Assembly (NCBI GenBank): GCA_963817385.1
Contig: CAWFOM010000031.1
Span: 1-64,000, forward strand
DNA length: 64,000 bases
Direction of reading: 5' to 3'
From: an uncultured delta proteobacterium
GTDB taxonomy: Bacteria; Desulfobacterota; Syntrophia; Syntrophales; UBA5619
Shown here: piece by piece, positions 51,619 through 61,824 of the stretch
Layout of the letters: each line of letters opens with the position of its first letter
Position numbering within the stretch: position 1 is the first letter of the stretch
Position numbers and translations under genes: made by a program
The notes under the pieces: model-generated
The model's input: only the letters and a program-made list of their open reading frames with translations
Told to the model about the DNA's origin: nothing
Databases searched by the model: none

Positions 51619-52788
51619 ATGTTCAAGAACATCGTATTTCAAACACCAACCATCATCTTCGGCATCGATACGGTCAAACAGCTCGGCCAGGAGGCCAAGA
51701 AACTGGGCGCCGGTCGCGTGCTGCTGGTTACGGGTCCCCGGGTCAAGAAGGCCGGCCTTCTTGAGAAGGCGCAGTCCTATCTGGAGGCAGAGGGGATCGA
51801 GGTAGAGGTGAATGTCCAGGACCGCGATACCCCCGAACCGGCCACCGAGGTGGTGGAGGCAACGGCCGCGATCGCGAGGGAAGGCACGTTCGATGTGATC
51901 ATCGGCCTCGGCGGCGGGAGCATCCTCGACGTGACCAAGATGGCCTCCGCGCTGGTCACCAACCCCGGCGTTACCAAGGACTATTTCGGCAGGGAGAAGG
52001 TCCCCCTGCGGGGGAAGCCCACGATCATCGTGCCGACGACCGCCGGGACGGGTGCAGAAGTGACCAAACACGCCATTTTTCTGGATCGGGCGATCAATGT
52101 CAAAAAAGTAGTCGCCTCCAGCAATCTCCTGCCGACCGTCGCCATCGTCGATCCGGTTCTGACCGTCTCGTGCCCCCCTTCCGTGACGGCCAGTTCCGGC
52201 ATCGATGCCTATATTCATTCCGCAGAGGCGTTTCTTTCCAAGAACGCCAATACGATCACCGATGCCTTGGCCCTGGAGTCCATCTCCCTGATCACGAAAT
52301 GGCTGGGGCCCGCCTTCGCGGACGGGCAGGATATGGACGCGCGCTATCAGATGTCCCTGGGGAGCATGATGGCGGGGATTGTCCTCAACAATTCCGGCAC
52401 CAGTCTGGTTCATGCGATGGCCTACCCGGTGGGGGGGGAGCATCATACCCCGCACGGGGTTACCTTGAGCGCCCTCTTAATCGCCTGCTTCGAGTATGTG
52501 GCGGTGGCCAAGGCGGAGAAGATGGCCGCGCTGGCGCGGGCGATGGGCGAGCAAATCGACGGCCTCGCCCCGCGGGAAGTGGTGGAGCGTGTCCTGGATG
52601 CCATCCACCACCTGATCACAAGCGTCGATCTGCCCGCTACGCTTACGGACCTCGGAATCAGCAGGGAGAAGACCGATGTGCGCCAGTGGGCGGTGGAAGC
52701 CCATAAGGAACAGCGGCTTCTCACCCGCTCCCCGCGGATTCTCACCGTCGAGGATATCGAGAAGATTTATGAAAATGCATTCGAGTAA
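51619..52788 (+). CDS. Iron-containing alcohol dehydrogenase
   Basis: GLGGGSILD, PTTAGTGAEVT, DAYIHSAE, HAMAY..PHG. Confidence 0.92.
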   Translation: MFKNIVFQTPTIIFGIDTVKQLGQEAKKLGAGRVLLVTGPRVKKAGLLEKAQSYLEAEGIEVEVNVQDRDTPEPATEVVEATAAIAREGTFDVIIGLGGGSILDVTKMASALVTNPGVTKDYFGREKVPLRGKPTIIVPTTAGTGAEVTKHAIFLDRAINVKKVVASSNLLPTVAIVDPVLTVSCPPSVTASSGIDAYIHSAEAFLSKNANTITDALALESISLITKWLGPAFADGQDMDARYQMSLGSMMAGIVLNNSGTSLVHAMAYPVGGEHHTPHGVTLSALLIACFEYVAVAKAEKMAALARAMGEQIDGLAPREVVERVLDAIHHLITSVDLPATLTDLGISREKTDVRQWAVEAHKEQRLLTRSPRILTVEDIEKIYENAFE

Positions 52789-52882
52789 GGGATGCAGAAC
52801 AAAACCATCCCGTACCAGGGTCGGCAGCATCATTTAGTGAATGGGCATCAATTATCCCGATACGAAAGAAAAGGAGCTTACC

Positions 52883-53866
52883 ATGAGAAAAAGACGTCTG
52901 ATTTTTTCAATCATTGTGGCCGTTTCCCTGTTTGCTTTCGCCGTGGCGATTTCTCCCGAGGCCAAGGCAGCCTATCCTGACAAGCCGATCCGGATGATCG
53001 TGCCGTTCCCGGCGGGTGGAAACGCGGACATCGTTGCGCGCTCGATCAGCAACGAACTGAGCAAGAATCTCGGCGTGCCGGTCGTGATCGAGAACCGCGG
53101 CGGCGCCGGCGGAGTGATCGGTTCGGAAATCGTTGCCAAGGCCCCGGCCGACGGTTATACTATCATGATGGTGTCGGCGAGCCATGTGATCAATCCGAGC
53201 ATGCAGAAAACACTCCCGTACGACACAATCAAGGATTTCGCCGGCATTTCGCTGGTGGCGGAAGTGCCGACGGTGCTGGTTGTGCATCCGTCGGTACAGG
53301 CCAAGTCGCTCAAGGAGCTCATCGCGCTCGCCAAGGCGAACCCCGGCAAGATCAACTTCGCATCCGCCGGCAATGGCACGGTCGGCCACCTGTCGGGCGA
53401 ACTGCTGAAGTCGATGGCGCAGATCAAGATGGAGCACGTGGCGTACAAGGGGAACGGTCCGGCGATGACCGACCTTCTCGGCGGTCATGTGCAGATGTTG
53501 TTTAGCAGCATACCCTCCGCCCTGCCGCACATCAAGTCGGGCGCGCTGAGGGCGCTCGTCGTTACCGCCCCCCAGCGCTCCGCGGCCGCTCCCGACATCC
53601 CGTCCACGGCCGAGGCGGGCATGCCGGGGTTCGATGTGTCGACCGGGTTCGGCCTGTTCGCGCCGGCCAAGACGCCGCGCGCGGTCATCAACAAGCTGCA
53701 CGCCGAAGTGGTGAAATCGGTGAAGTTGCCCGAGGTCCGCGAACGCCTGGCAAGCCAGGGAGCCGAGCCGGTGGGCGGCACACCGGAGGAGTACGATACG
53801 TTCGTCCGTACGGAAATTGCGAAGTGGCAGAAGGTGTGCAAGGAAGCGGGCATCAAACCCGAATAA
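52883..53866 (+). CDS. tctC: TctC/Bug periplasmic substrate-binding protein
   Basis: YPDKPIRMIVPFPAGG, ENRGGAGG, ADGYT, YKGNGPAMTDLLGGHV. Confidence 0.92.
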   Translation: MRKRRLIFSIIVAVSLFAFAVAISPEAKAAYPDKPIRMIVPFPAGGNADIVARSISNELSKNLGVPVVIENRGGAGGVIGSEIVAKAPADGYTIMMVSASHVINPSMQKTLPYDTIKDFAGISLVAEVPTVLVVHPSVQAKSLKELIALAKANPGKINFASAGNGTVGHLSGELLKSMAQIKMEHVAYKGNGPAMTDLLGGHVQMLFSSIPSALPHIKSGALRALVVTAPQRSAAAPDIPSTAEAGMPGFDVSTGFGLFAPAKTPRAVINKLHAEVVKSVKLPEVRERLASQGAEPVGGTPEEYDTFVRTEIAKWQKVCKEAGIKPE

Positions 53867-53984
53867 CGGCCCTTTACCAGGTGCGGCCCGGATAGGGCGT
53901 CCCGTTTTACCCTACCCCGCCCCCCCGGGGGCGGGGTAATTTCATCGAGTCCTTGTGGTCATCGCAACGAAAGGGAGGCTCTTC

Positions 53985-55022
53985 ATGCCAACGCTGAAGA
54001 AGGAAGTTTTGCATGCGGTAACCGCCGCGATCTTCCGGGCGACGGGGGCGCCGGATGATTTGGCCGCGCAGGTGGCGGACGTGCTTATCGACAATCACCT
54101 GGCCGGACACGACTCGCACGGCATCCTGCGCATCCCGGAGTACGTCAGGAGCGTCCAGGCGGGTGAGATCGATCCGACGGCTCGACCGCGGATTCTTGAA
54201 GAGAGCACAACGAGCGCGCTGGTGAGCGGCAACTGGGCGTTCGGTCAGGTAACGGGGAATTTTGCGGCGGACCTGGCCATCGAGAAGGCAAAGCGGGAAC
54301 GGGTCGCGGTGCTCTCGGTCGTCCAGGTGGGCCATACGGGACGGCTGGCGGCCTTCACCGAGCGCGCCGCCCGTCGGGGCGTGGTTATGTTCATGGCGAT
54401 CGGGACGGTCAATAAGCTGACCACCGCGCCGTATGGCGGCTCTGTTGCGGCTTTGGGTACGAACCCGATCTCCTTCTCGATTCCCAACCCCGCCGGGGCT
54501 CCCATCACGCTCGATTTCGCCACCTCCGCCATCGCCGCGGGGAAGATCAAGGCGGCCAAGGCGAAGCACGAGCGGCTTCCCCCCGGTGCCATTCTGGACG
54601 TCCACGGGCAGCCTTCCACCGATCCGCAGGCGTTTTTCGACGGGGGGTTCCTGCTGCCGTTCGGCGGCCACAAAGGCTACGCGCTGGCCGTGATTGCTGA
54701 GCTCCTGAGCGGCCCTCTGGCCGGCGCCGACGCGTATCCGGGCGTGACGAGCCGCAGCGGGATCTTCATTTTTGCGGTGGACGCAGCCGTCTTTCGGCCG
54801 TCGGCCGACTACGAAAAGGCGCTGGCCAAGACGCTCGGCCGGATCAAGGCTGTGCCGCCCGGCCCGGGTTTCGAGGAGGTGATGCTGCCGGGCGAACCCG
54901 AAGCCCGCTCCCGCGCCAGGCGCGAGCGCGACGGCATACCGATTCCGGACGACACCTGGCGGGCGGTCTGCGAAACGGGCGCCGAGCTGGGGGTGAATGT
55001 GGAGAAGGACTTCATCTCGTGA
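53985..55022 (+). CDS. Ldh_2 family (type 2 malate/L-lactate dehydrogenase-like) oxidoreductase
   Basis: GHDSHG, HTGRL, LGTNPI, LDFATS, PFGGHKGYAL, LPGEPE. Confidence 0.92.
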   Translation: MPTLKKEVLHAVTAAIFRATGAPDDLAAQVADVLIDNHLAGHDSHGILRIPEYVRSVQAGEIDPTARPRILEESTTSALVSGNWAFGQVTGNFAADLAIEKAKRERVAVLSVVQVGHTGRLAAFTERAARRGVVMFMAIGTVNKLTTAPYGGSVAALGTNPISFSIPNPAGAPITLDFATSAIAAGKIKAAKAKHERLPPGAILDVHGQPSTDPQAFFDGGFLLPFGGHKGYALAVIAELLSGPLAGADAYPGVTSRSGIFIFAVDAAVFRPSADYEKALAKTLGRIKAVPPGPGFEEVMLPGEPEARSRARRERDGIPIPDDTWRAVCETGAELGVNVEKDFIS

Positions 55023-55083
55023 GCGCGGGAGAAATCGCCCGCGGTGACCGGCAGTACGTCGTTTTGATGCAAAGGAGATCACC

Positions 55084-56076
55084 ATGAGACTACTGACATT
55101 TTCTCCGCAGGCGGAGGGCGGCGTCCCGCGCCTCGGCGCCCTTATCAACGACAATGTCGTCGATCTTGCGGCCCTGGATGACGCATGGCGGCAAGAGAAT
55201 CCGGGCGTCGAGCCGCTGCCGATGACGATGAGGGGCCTGCTGGCGGCCGGAGAGGCCGGCCTCGCCCGGGTGAGCACGCTCCTCGGGTATGCGGCGCAAC
55301 CGCAGCGGCGTCTCAGCAACGAATGGATATTCAAACAATCGGGGATCCGGTTCTATCCGCCGGTGACCGATGCGGAAAAGTTCCTCTGCGTAGGCAAGAA
55401 CTACCGTCAGCATCTGGAGGAGCTCCGGCGAAACGATCTCCTCCTGGAAACACCGCAGGAGCCGACCTCCTTCGTCAAATACAACTACTGTCTTTCCGGT
55501 CATAATTGGGAGGTCGAGCGGCCGGAGGGGATCGTGCGGCTCGACTATGAACCGGAACTCGTCTTCGTGATCGGAAAGCGGGCGCTCGGCGTCAAGAAAG
55601 CGCAGGCGTTCGACCACGTCGCCGGCGTCACGATCCTCAACGATCTTACCTGCCGCGACCTGCAGAAGCGGGAGGTGGCCTCCGGTTCGCGCTTCTGGAC
55701 GGGGAAGAACATTCCGGGATTCGGGCCGCTCGGCCCCTGCGTCATCACCATGGACGAGATCCGCGATCCGTACGATCTCTGGATGACCTGTTCGGTGAAC
55801 GGCGAGCAGCGGATGCGGTTCAACACCGCCGATCAGATCTGGAAATTTCCGCAAATCATCGAGCATTTTTCGCGCTACATCCCCTTCGAACCCGGGGATA
55901 TGTTCGCGACCGGGACGCCCGGGGGCACCGCTATCGGCAAGCCCAATGCCGCGGAGCTCTTTCTCAAGCCCGGTGACGTCGTGGAGTGCGCCATCGAGGG
56001 CATGATGACGCTCAGGACCCGGATCTGGCTCCGAGCCGTTAACCAGTGTGGAGACCATGAAGCACAAAACGAATGA
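55084..56076 (+). CDS. Fumarylacetoacetate hydrolase family protein (true stop possibly 56042)
   Basis: CVGKNY..H, DYEPELVFVIG, ILNDLTCRD, GKN..FGPLGP, PGDMFATGTP. Confidence 0.9.
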   Translation: MRLLTFSPQAEGGVPRLGALINDNVVDLAALDDAWRQENPGVEPLPMTMRGLLAAGEAGLARVSTLLGYAAQPQRRLSNEWIFKQSGIRFYPPVTDAEKFLCVGKNYRQHLEELRRNDLLLETPQEPTSFVKYNYCLSGHNWEVERPEGIVRLDYEPELVFVIGKRALGVKKAQAFDHVAGVTILNDLTCRDLQKREVASGSRFWTGKNIPGFGPLGPCVITMDEIRDPYDLWMTCSVNGEQRMRFNTADQIWKFPQIIEHFSRYIPFEPGDMFATGTPGGTAIGKPNAAELFLKPGDVVECAIEGMMTLRTRIWLRAVNQCGDHEAQNE

Positions 56077-56099
56077 TCCTTATGCGGAAGGAGTATGCA

Positions 56100-56553
56100 A
56101 TGAATCTGTCGATTCGCAACAACAAGGATTTCTGGGCCGGTCTGATGTTCTTCGGGACCGGCGCGGGGGCGATACTCATGGCCCGGCATTACCCGTTCGG
56201 CACGGCGCTGCGGATGGGGCCCGGTTACTTCCCGGTCGCTTTGAGCGGGATACTCATCCTGTTCGGCATCACTGTCATGGTCAGGGGATTGCGCAAAAAC
56301 GAGAAGATTCAAGGCAATTGGTCGATCCGGGCCCTGATCGTCCTGCCGCTCTCCATGGTCGTCTTCGGGGTCCTGATGGAACTGACGGGGTTCGTACCGG
56401 CGCTGGCGGCCCTGGTCTTCTTCTCGGCGGCCTCGGGGCGGGAGTTCAAGATCGTCGAAGTCCTGCTGCTGACCGTCTTTCTGGGGGTGCTGTCGGTGGC
56501 CTTGTTCATCTGGGGCCTCGGCCTGCCGTACCCGCTGATTAAAATTGTTCTGA
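56100..56553 (+). CDS. tctB: TctB small subunit, apparent frameshift near 56543
   Basis: KDFWAGLMF, YPFGTALRMGPGYFP, LFIWGLGLPYP. Removing one A gives a stop before tctA. Confidence 0.85.
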
Positions 56554-56566
56554 CGAGACGCCCACC

Positions 56567-58063
56567 ATGGAACTATTCCATAACCTCATCTATGGGTTCA
56601 GCGTGGCATTTTCCCTGCATAACCTTCTGTACTGCTTCATCGGCTGCCTGCTGGGGACCCTGATCGGCGTCCTGCCCGGGATCGGGCCGCTCGCGACGAT
56701 CGCAATGCTGATGCCGATCACCTTCACCGTTTCACCGATCGCGGCCTTAATCATGCTGGCCGGCATTTACTACGGCGCCCAGTACGGCGGATCGACGACC
56801 GCGATCCTCGTCAACCTTCCGGGCGAGACTTCGGCGGTGGTCACCTGTATCGACGGCTACCAGATGGCGCGGCAGGGACGAGCCGGGGCGGCGCTCGCGA
56901 TCGCGGCCATCGGTTCGTTCTTCGCCGGCACCGTATGCACGCTCCTGATCGCTCTGTTCGGTCCGCCGATCGCCACCATCGCGCTGAAGTTCGGTCCGGC
57001 GGAGTATTTCTCGCTGATGCTGATGGGCCTGGTCACCGCGGCGGTCCTCGCCCACGGCGACATGGTCAAGTCGCTCGCGATGGTGGTGATGGGCCTGCTC
57101 CTGGGCAGCGTGGGCAGCGACGTCGATTCCGGCGTGAAGCGCTTCACCTTCGACATCATCGAGCTTGCGGACGGCATCGGCTTCGTGGTCGTCGCCGTCG
57201 GGATGTTCGCGCTGGGCGAGATCATCGCCAACCTCGGCGATCCGGAAGAGCGCACCGTTTTCACCTCCAGAGTGACAAAACTCTTGCCTACGAAGGATGA
57301 CCTGAAGCGGTCTTTTGGCCCGATCGTCAGAGGGACCATGCTCGGGGCGTTCTTCGGCGTGCTGCCCGGCACCGGGCCGGCGATCGCCTCGTTTTCTTCC
57401 TACATGGTCGAGAAGAAGATGGCCAAGGATCCGTCCCGGTTCGGCCGCGGCGCGATCGAAGGGGTGGCGGGGCCGGAATCGGCCAACAATGCGGATGCGC
57501 AGTGCAAGTTCATTCCCATGCTGACGCTGGGAATCCCGGCGAGCGGGGTGATGGCGCTGATGCTCGGCGCCCTCACTATCCACGGCATTACGCCCGGCCC
57601 ACAGGTGATGCTCAAGAATCCCGACCTCTTCTGGGGGCTGATCGCGAGCATGTGGATCGGAAATCTCATGCTCGTCCTGCTCAACCTGCCGCTGATCGGC
57701 CTCTGGGTGAGCCTTCTCAAGGTGCCCTACCGCCTGCTCTTCCCCGCCATCATCGTGTTTTCTGCGATCGGCATCTACAGCATCAACAGCAGCTCGTTCG
57801 AAATCTACCTCACGGCGCTCTTCGGCGTCCTCGGCTTCCTCTGGATGAAGCTCGAGTGCAGCCTTGCGCCGATGCTGCTCGGGTTCGTGCTGGGTCCGAT
57901 GATGGAGGAAAACATGCGGCGGGCGATGCTGATCTCGCGCGGCGATCCCTCGGTGTTCGTCACGCGGCCGATCAGCCTCGCGTTCGTGATCGCCACGGTC
58001 CTGATCGTGATTGTGATGGTGGCGCCGGCCGTTCGGAAACGGCGCAGCGATATCACCGACTGA
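56567..58063 (+). CDS. tctA: Tripartite tricarboxylate transporter large subunit
   Basis: GVLPGIG, YYGAQYGGSTTAIL..PGE, DGYQMA, GPESANNA. Confidence 0.95.
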   Translation: MELFHNLIYGFSVAFSLHNLLYCFIGCLLGTLIGVLPGIGPLATIAMLMPITFTVSPIAALIMLAGIYYGAQYGGSTTAILVNLPGETSAVVTCIDGYQMARQGRAGAALAIAAIGSFFAGTVCTLLIALFGPPIATIALKFGPAEYFSLMLMGLVTAAVLAHGDMVKSLAMVVMGLLLGSVGSDVDSGVKRFTFDIIELADGIGFVVVAVGMFALGEIIANLGDPEERTVFTSRVTKLLPTKDDLKRSFGPIVRGTMLGAFFGVLPGTGPAIASFSSYMVEKKMAKDPSRFGRGAIEGVAGPESANNADAQCKFIPMLTLGIPASGVMALMLGALTIHGITPGPQVMLKNPDLFWGLIASMWIGNLMLVLLNLPLIGLWVSLLKVPYRLLFPAIIVFSAIGIYSINSSSFEIYLTALFGVLGFLWMKLECSLAPMLLGFVLGPMMEENMRRAMLISRGDPSVFVTRPISLAFVIATVLIVIVMVAPAVRKRRSDITD

Positions 58064-58205
58064 CGGTTTGCGCTTCATCGAACTAGTATGATATGTACGC
58101 AGCAAAGATATCTCTGCAACGATCACGCAGGACGTCGAAATCATATGGATAAACTTACCCCACAGCCTGCACCAAAAAAGCTGATTCGATAGGAGGCGGC
58201 GGCGC

Positions 58206-58979
58206 ATGTACACATACCCGAAATATGATTTAAAGGGCAAAGTCGCGGTTGTGACCGGCGCCGGCCGGGGGCTGGGAAAGTGGATTGCCCTCGCGCTCGC
58301 GGAAGCGGGCGCCGATGTGCTGGTGGCTGCTCTCCACAGCGAGACGGCGGAACAAACTTGCTCAGAGATCAGGGAGATGGGCCGCAACGCGACGTTTCGG
58401 GCCGTCGATGTCTCGAACGTGGAGGCGGTGAAGGCGATGATGGCGGCTGCCGAGGCAGAGCTGGGCGGACTCGACATCCTGATCAACAACGCAGGGGTGA
58501 ATGTGCATAAGGCGGCCCTTGACTTTACCCCTGAAGAGTTTGCCCGGATCGTCGATGTCAACGCGAAAGGGGTCTTTTTCTGCAGCCAGGCTGCCGCCGC
58601 GCGAATGATACCGAAAGGTGCGGGTAAGATCATCAATATTGCCTCAAGCGTGGCGTTTTTGGTAAGGGCCGGCATTCCCAACTCGATTTACGCCATGACC
58701 AAGGCAGGCGTCGTCATGTTGACGAAGGCGCTGGCCGAGGAATGGTCCCGCTTCAATATCAACGTCAATGCCGTAGCACCGGGTTATTTTTTGACGCCTC
58801 TCGTTGAAGACCGGTTCAAGGACAGGGAGATGTACAACACCATCGTTTCGTCCACGCCCCTCGGTCGGGCGGGCAACCCCGAAGACATTATGGGAGTCGT
58901 CGTTTTTCTGGCCTCCGCGGCATCCGCGTACATCACGGGTCAGACCATCTGCGTCGACGGCGGACGGACAATCCTGTGA
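58206..58979 (+). CDS. Short-chain dehydrogenase/reductase
   Basis: TGAGRGLG, NNAG, YAMTK, NAVAPG, VDGG. Confidence 0.93.
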   Translation: MYTYPKYDLKGKVAVVTGAGRGLGKWIALALAEAGADVLVAALHSETAEQTCSEIREMGRNATFRAVDVSNVEAVKAMMAAAEAELGGLDILINNAGVNVHKAALDFTPEEFARIVDVNAKGVFFCSQAAAARMIPKGAGKIINIASSVAFLVRAGIPNSIYAMTKAGVVMLTKALAEEWSRFNINVNAVAPGYFLTPLVEDRFKDREMYNTIVSSTPLGRAGNPEDIMGVVVFLASAASAYITGQTICVDGGRTIL

Positions 58980-58995
58980 CGTGAAGGTGAAGATT

Positions 58996-60495
58996 ATGGA
59001 CCTTGTGCAGTTTCTCAAAGAACGGGTTCGCCGCTACGGCAGCCGGGTTCTCATCCACGGGGAAGAAGGGTCGCTCACGTACCGGGAATTTGATGCCATC
59101 ACGGACAGGATCGCGTATGGGCTCGAACGTCTCGGCATAGCTCCCGGAGACCATGTGGCGGTTCTCCATCCGAACAGCGCCCAGACGCTCCTTGCCTTCT
59201 TCGCCATTATCAAGGCAGGGGGCGTTGTCGTGCCCATAAACCCCATGTATACACCCAGGGAAGTGACGTACCTCCTCAACAATTCGGAATCGACGATGCT
59301 CATCATCCACGAAGACTTCTCGTCCCTTGCGGATCAGATCAAAGGCGACGTGCCTCGCCTGGACCGTATTGTCCTGAGGAGGCGGACCGAGACCGTCGAG
59401 GCCGAGATCGCAGCACTGGCAGGCGCACACCTCGTGCCGGTAACGGAGAAGCCTTTCAACCCCGACGACCCGGCGATCATGTTCTACACCTCCGGCACAA
59501 CGGGCAACCCGAAGGGCGTAATCCTGACCCACGGCAACTTCTGTTTCGGCGGACCGAATATTGCCCAGAGTTACGGCCTGAGGGAGAATGACATCGCGAT
59601 CGCCGCTCTCCCCATGGTGCATGTCTTCTCGATTGCCAGCCCCTTTTTCGGCAGCCTGAGTTCGGGCGGCGCCGTTGTGGTAGTCGAACGATTCAAGGCA
59701 CAGACAATCTTCGAAGTCATAGAGAAGTACCGGGTGACCTGGTTCCCCGGAGTCCCGACCATGTTCATCTTGCTTCTCAACTCCCTGCACGAGAACACCC
59801 GCGATATATCGTCCCTGAGAATGGGCCTTTCGGGAGGCGCTTCCCTGCCGGTCGAGGTCCTGAAGAAGTGGGAGGATGCCTTCCGGGCTGACGTGATCGA
59901 AGTTTACGGCCTGACCGAATCGACCGGCCTGGTCACCGCCAATCCCGTCTACGGGGTACGCAAACCCGGTTCGGTCGGCATCACCGTCTCCGGAGTGACC
60001 GCCAAAGTGGTAACCAAGGACGGCAGCGAAGTCCGGCCGAATGAAGTGGGGGATCTCGTCTTCCGGGGTCCGAACGCCACAAAGGGATACTTCAAACTTC
60101 CCGATGAGACGCGGGAGAAAATACGGGACGGGTGGGTTTATACCGGGGATCACGCGTACAGAGACGCCGACGGGTATTTCTTCATTGTCGGCAGGGAAAA
60201 GGAGCTGATCATATCGGGCGGCTACAACATATACCCGAAAGAAATCGAAGAGGTCATCCATGCGCACGGCGCGGTCAGTGAAGCGGCGGTCATCGGCGTA
60301 GCGGATCCGGTAAAAGGCGAAGTTCCGAAGGCCTTTATCGCACTGAAACAGGGTGTGACGGCGACCGAGGAGGAGCTGGCGGAGCACTGCAGGAAAAACC
60401 TTGCCCCGTATAAGCTTCCGAAAATCGCGTTTGTCAGGGAGCTGCCGAAGAACACGACGGGAAAGATCATGAAAAAAGAACTCCCGCGAGAATGA
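58996..60495 (+). CDS. Long-chain-fatty-acid-CoA ligase-like AMP-dependent synthetase
   Basis: YTSGTTGNPKG, YGLTE, TGD, GREKELIISGGYNIYPKEIE, LPKNTTGKI. Confidence 0.93.
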   Translation: MDLVQFLKERVRRYGSRVLIHGEEGSLTYREFDAITDRIAYGLERLGIAPGDHVAVLHPNSAQTLLAFFAIIKAGGVVVPINPMYTPREVTYLLNNSESTMLIIHEDFSSLADQIKGDVPRLDRIVLRRRTETVEAEIAALAGAHLVPVTEKPFNPDDPAIMFYTSGTTGNPKGVILTHGNFCFGGPNIAQSYGLRENDIAIAALPMVHVFSIASPFFGSLSSGGAVVVVERFKAQTIFEVIEKYRVTWFPGVPTMFILLLNSLHENTRDISSLRMGLSGGASLPVEVLKKWEDAFRADVIEVYGLTESTGLVTANPVYGVRKPGSVGITVSGVTAKVVTKDGSEVRPNEVGDLVFRGPNATKGYFKLPDETREKIRDGWVYTGDHAYRDADGYFFIVGREKELIISGGYNIYPKEIEEVIHAHGAVSEAAVIGVADPVKGEVPKAFIALKQGVTATEEELAEHCRKNLAPYKLPKIAFVRELPKNTTGKIMKKELPRE

Positions 60496-60531
60496 CGGCC
60501 TCGTAAAATGTATTAGAAGTTGAAAAAATGG

Positions 60532-60656
60532 GACGGCTTCGTAAAAAGTCCGCAGGCAAGGCGGGCGAATCCTGAGGAATGAGGCGTACTGTTGCGTACG
60601 CCGCAATGACGAAGGATGAAGCGCAACGCAGCATCCGGACTTTTTACGAAGCCGTC
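60532..60656. mobile_element. 125-bp MITE-like element
   Basis: Perfect 21-bp terminal IRs GACGGCTTCGTAAAAAGTCCG and CGGACTTTTTACGAAGCCGTC. Confidence 0.85.
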
Positions 60657-60674
60657 GAGAATAGAGGTGATCTT

Positions 60675-61811
60675 ATGGATATCCTGCTTTCCGCCGACCA
60701 GCGGAGATTCAAGGAAGAGTGCCGGATTTTTGCCGGGAAGGCGATTGCGCCTCTCGCAGAGAAGTTCGGGGAGACGGATGAGATACCCGGAGAACTGATT
60801 CGGACGATGGCCGACGCGCAGCTCTTTCGGCTCCTGGTGCCCGAGGAATCGGGGGGCAAGGGCGTGAAGTCGATGCCGATCTGTCTTGTCAGGGAACAAC
60901 TGGCCGGGGTTTTCTGTCCCGCCGATGTCACCTTTGCGATGCAGGGGCTGGGCAGTTACCCGATCGTCCTCGCGGGCAACGAGGAGCAGAAGGCGAGGTT
61001 TCTGACGAAGCTGGGTTCGGGTGAGATCCTGACGACTTACGCCCTTACCGAACCGGAAGCGGGAAGCGACGTGAGCTCCATAACGAGCCATGCGCAGGAG
61101 ACGGCCGGCGGATTTATTCTCAACGGTGTGAAGCGGTTTATCTCGAACGGAAACGCGGCCGATATTGCCGTGACGTTCGCGAAGACGCCGCACCCGGGAA
61201 ACGCCAAAGCACTCTCCGCCTTCGTTGTGGAAAAGCGGATGGAGGGATTCAGCGTGCATAAGCGGTTGAAGATGATCGCGCCCCACGACCTGGTGGAGCT
61301 GAAGTTCGAGGATTGCTTCGTGCCACGCGAAAACCTCCTGGGGAACGTGGGCGACGGGTTGAGAATTGCCCTGGGGACGCTCGATGTCTTCCGCGTCTCC
61401 GTGGGCGCCGCCGCTCTGGGTATCGCCCAGACGGCGTTCGACGCAGCCCTGGACTACGCGAAGAAGAGGGTGCAGTTCGGCCGTCCGATCGTCAGCTTCC
61501 AGGGGACCCAGTTCAAACTGGCCGATATGGCAACCGAGTTGGATGCAGCCCGGGGACTCGTCTACCGGGCAGCGCTTCTGCAGGACGCGAAGGGGGAACA
61601 CATCACTCGGGCAGCTTCCATGGCCAAGATGTACGCCACGGAAGCCGCCTTCCGCATCGTCGATCAAAGCCTTCAGATCCACGGAGGAATGGGCGTCATG
61701 GTGGGCACAACCATCGAGAGACTCTACCGCGAGATCAGGGCCCTTCGAATTTACGAAGGCACTACCGAGATCCAGAAGCTCGTCATCGCAAAGAGCCTGA
61801 CGGATCGCTAA
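60675..61811 (+). CDS. Acyl-CoA dehydrogenase
   Basis: ALTEPEAGSD, LNGVKRFISN, RVQFGRPI, QIHGG.G, YEGTTEIQ. Confidence 0.95.
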   Translation: MDILLSADQRRFKEECRIFAGKAIAPLAEKFGETDEIPGELIRTMADAQLFRLLVPEESGGKGVKSMPICLVREQLAGVFCPADVTFAMQGLGSYPIVLAGNEEQKARFLTKLGSGEILTTYALTEPEAGSDVSSITSHAQETAGGFILNGVKRFISNGNAADIAVTFAKTPHPGNAKALSAFVVEKRMEGFSVHKRLKMIAPHDLVELKFEDCFVPRENLLGNVGDGLRIALGTLDVFRVSVGAAALGIAQTAFDAALDYAKKRVQFGRPIVSFQGTQFKLADMATELDAARGLVYRAALLQDAKGEHITRAASMAKMYATEAAFRIVDQSLQIHGGMGVMVGTTIERLYREIRALRIYEGTTEIQKLVIAKSLTDR

Positions 61812-61824
61812 TCAAGGAGGAACG

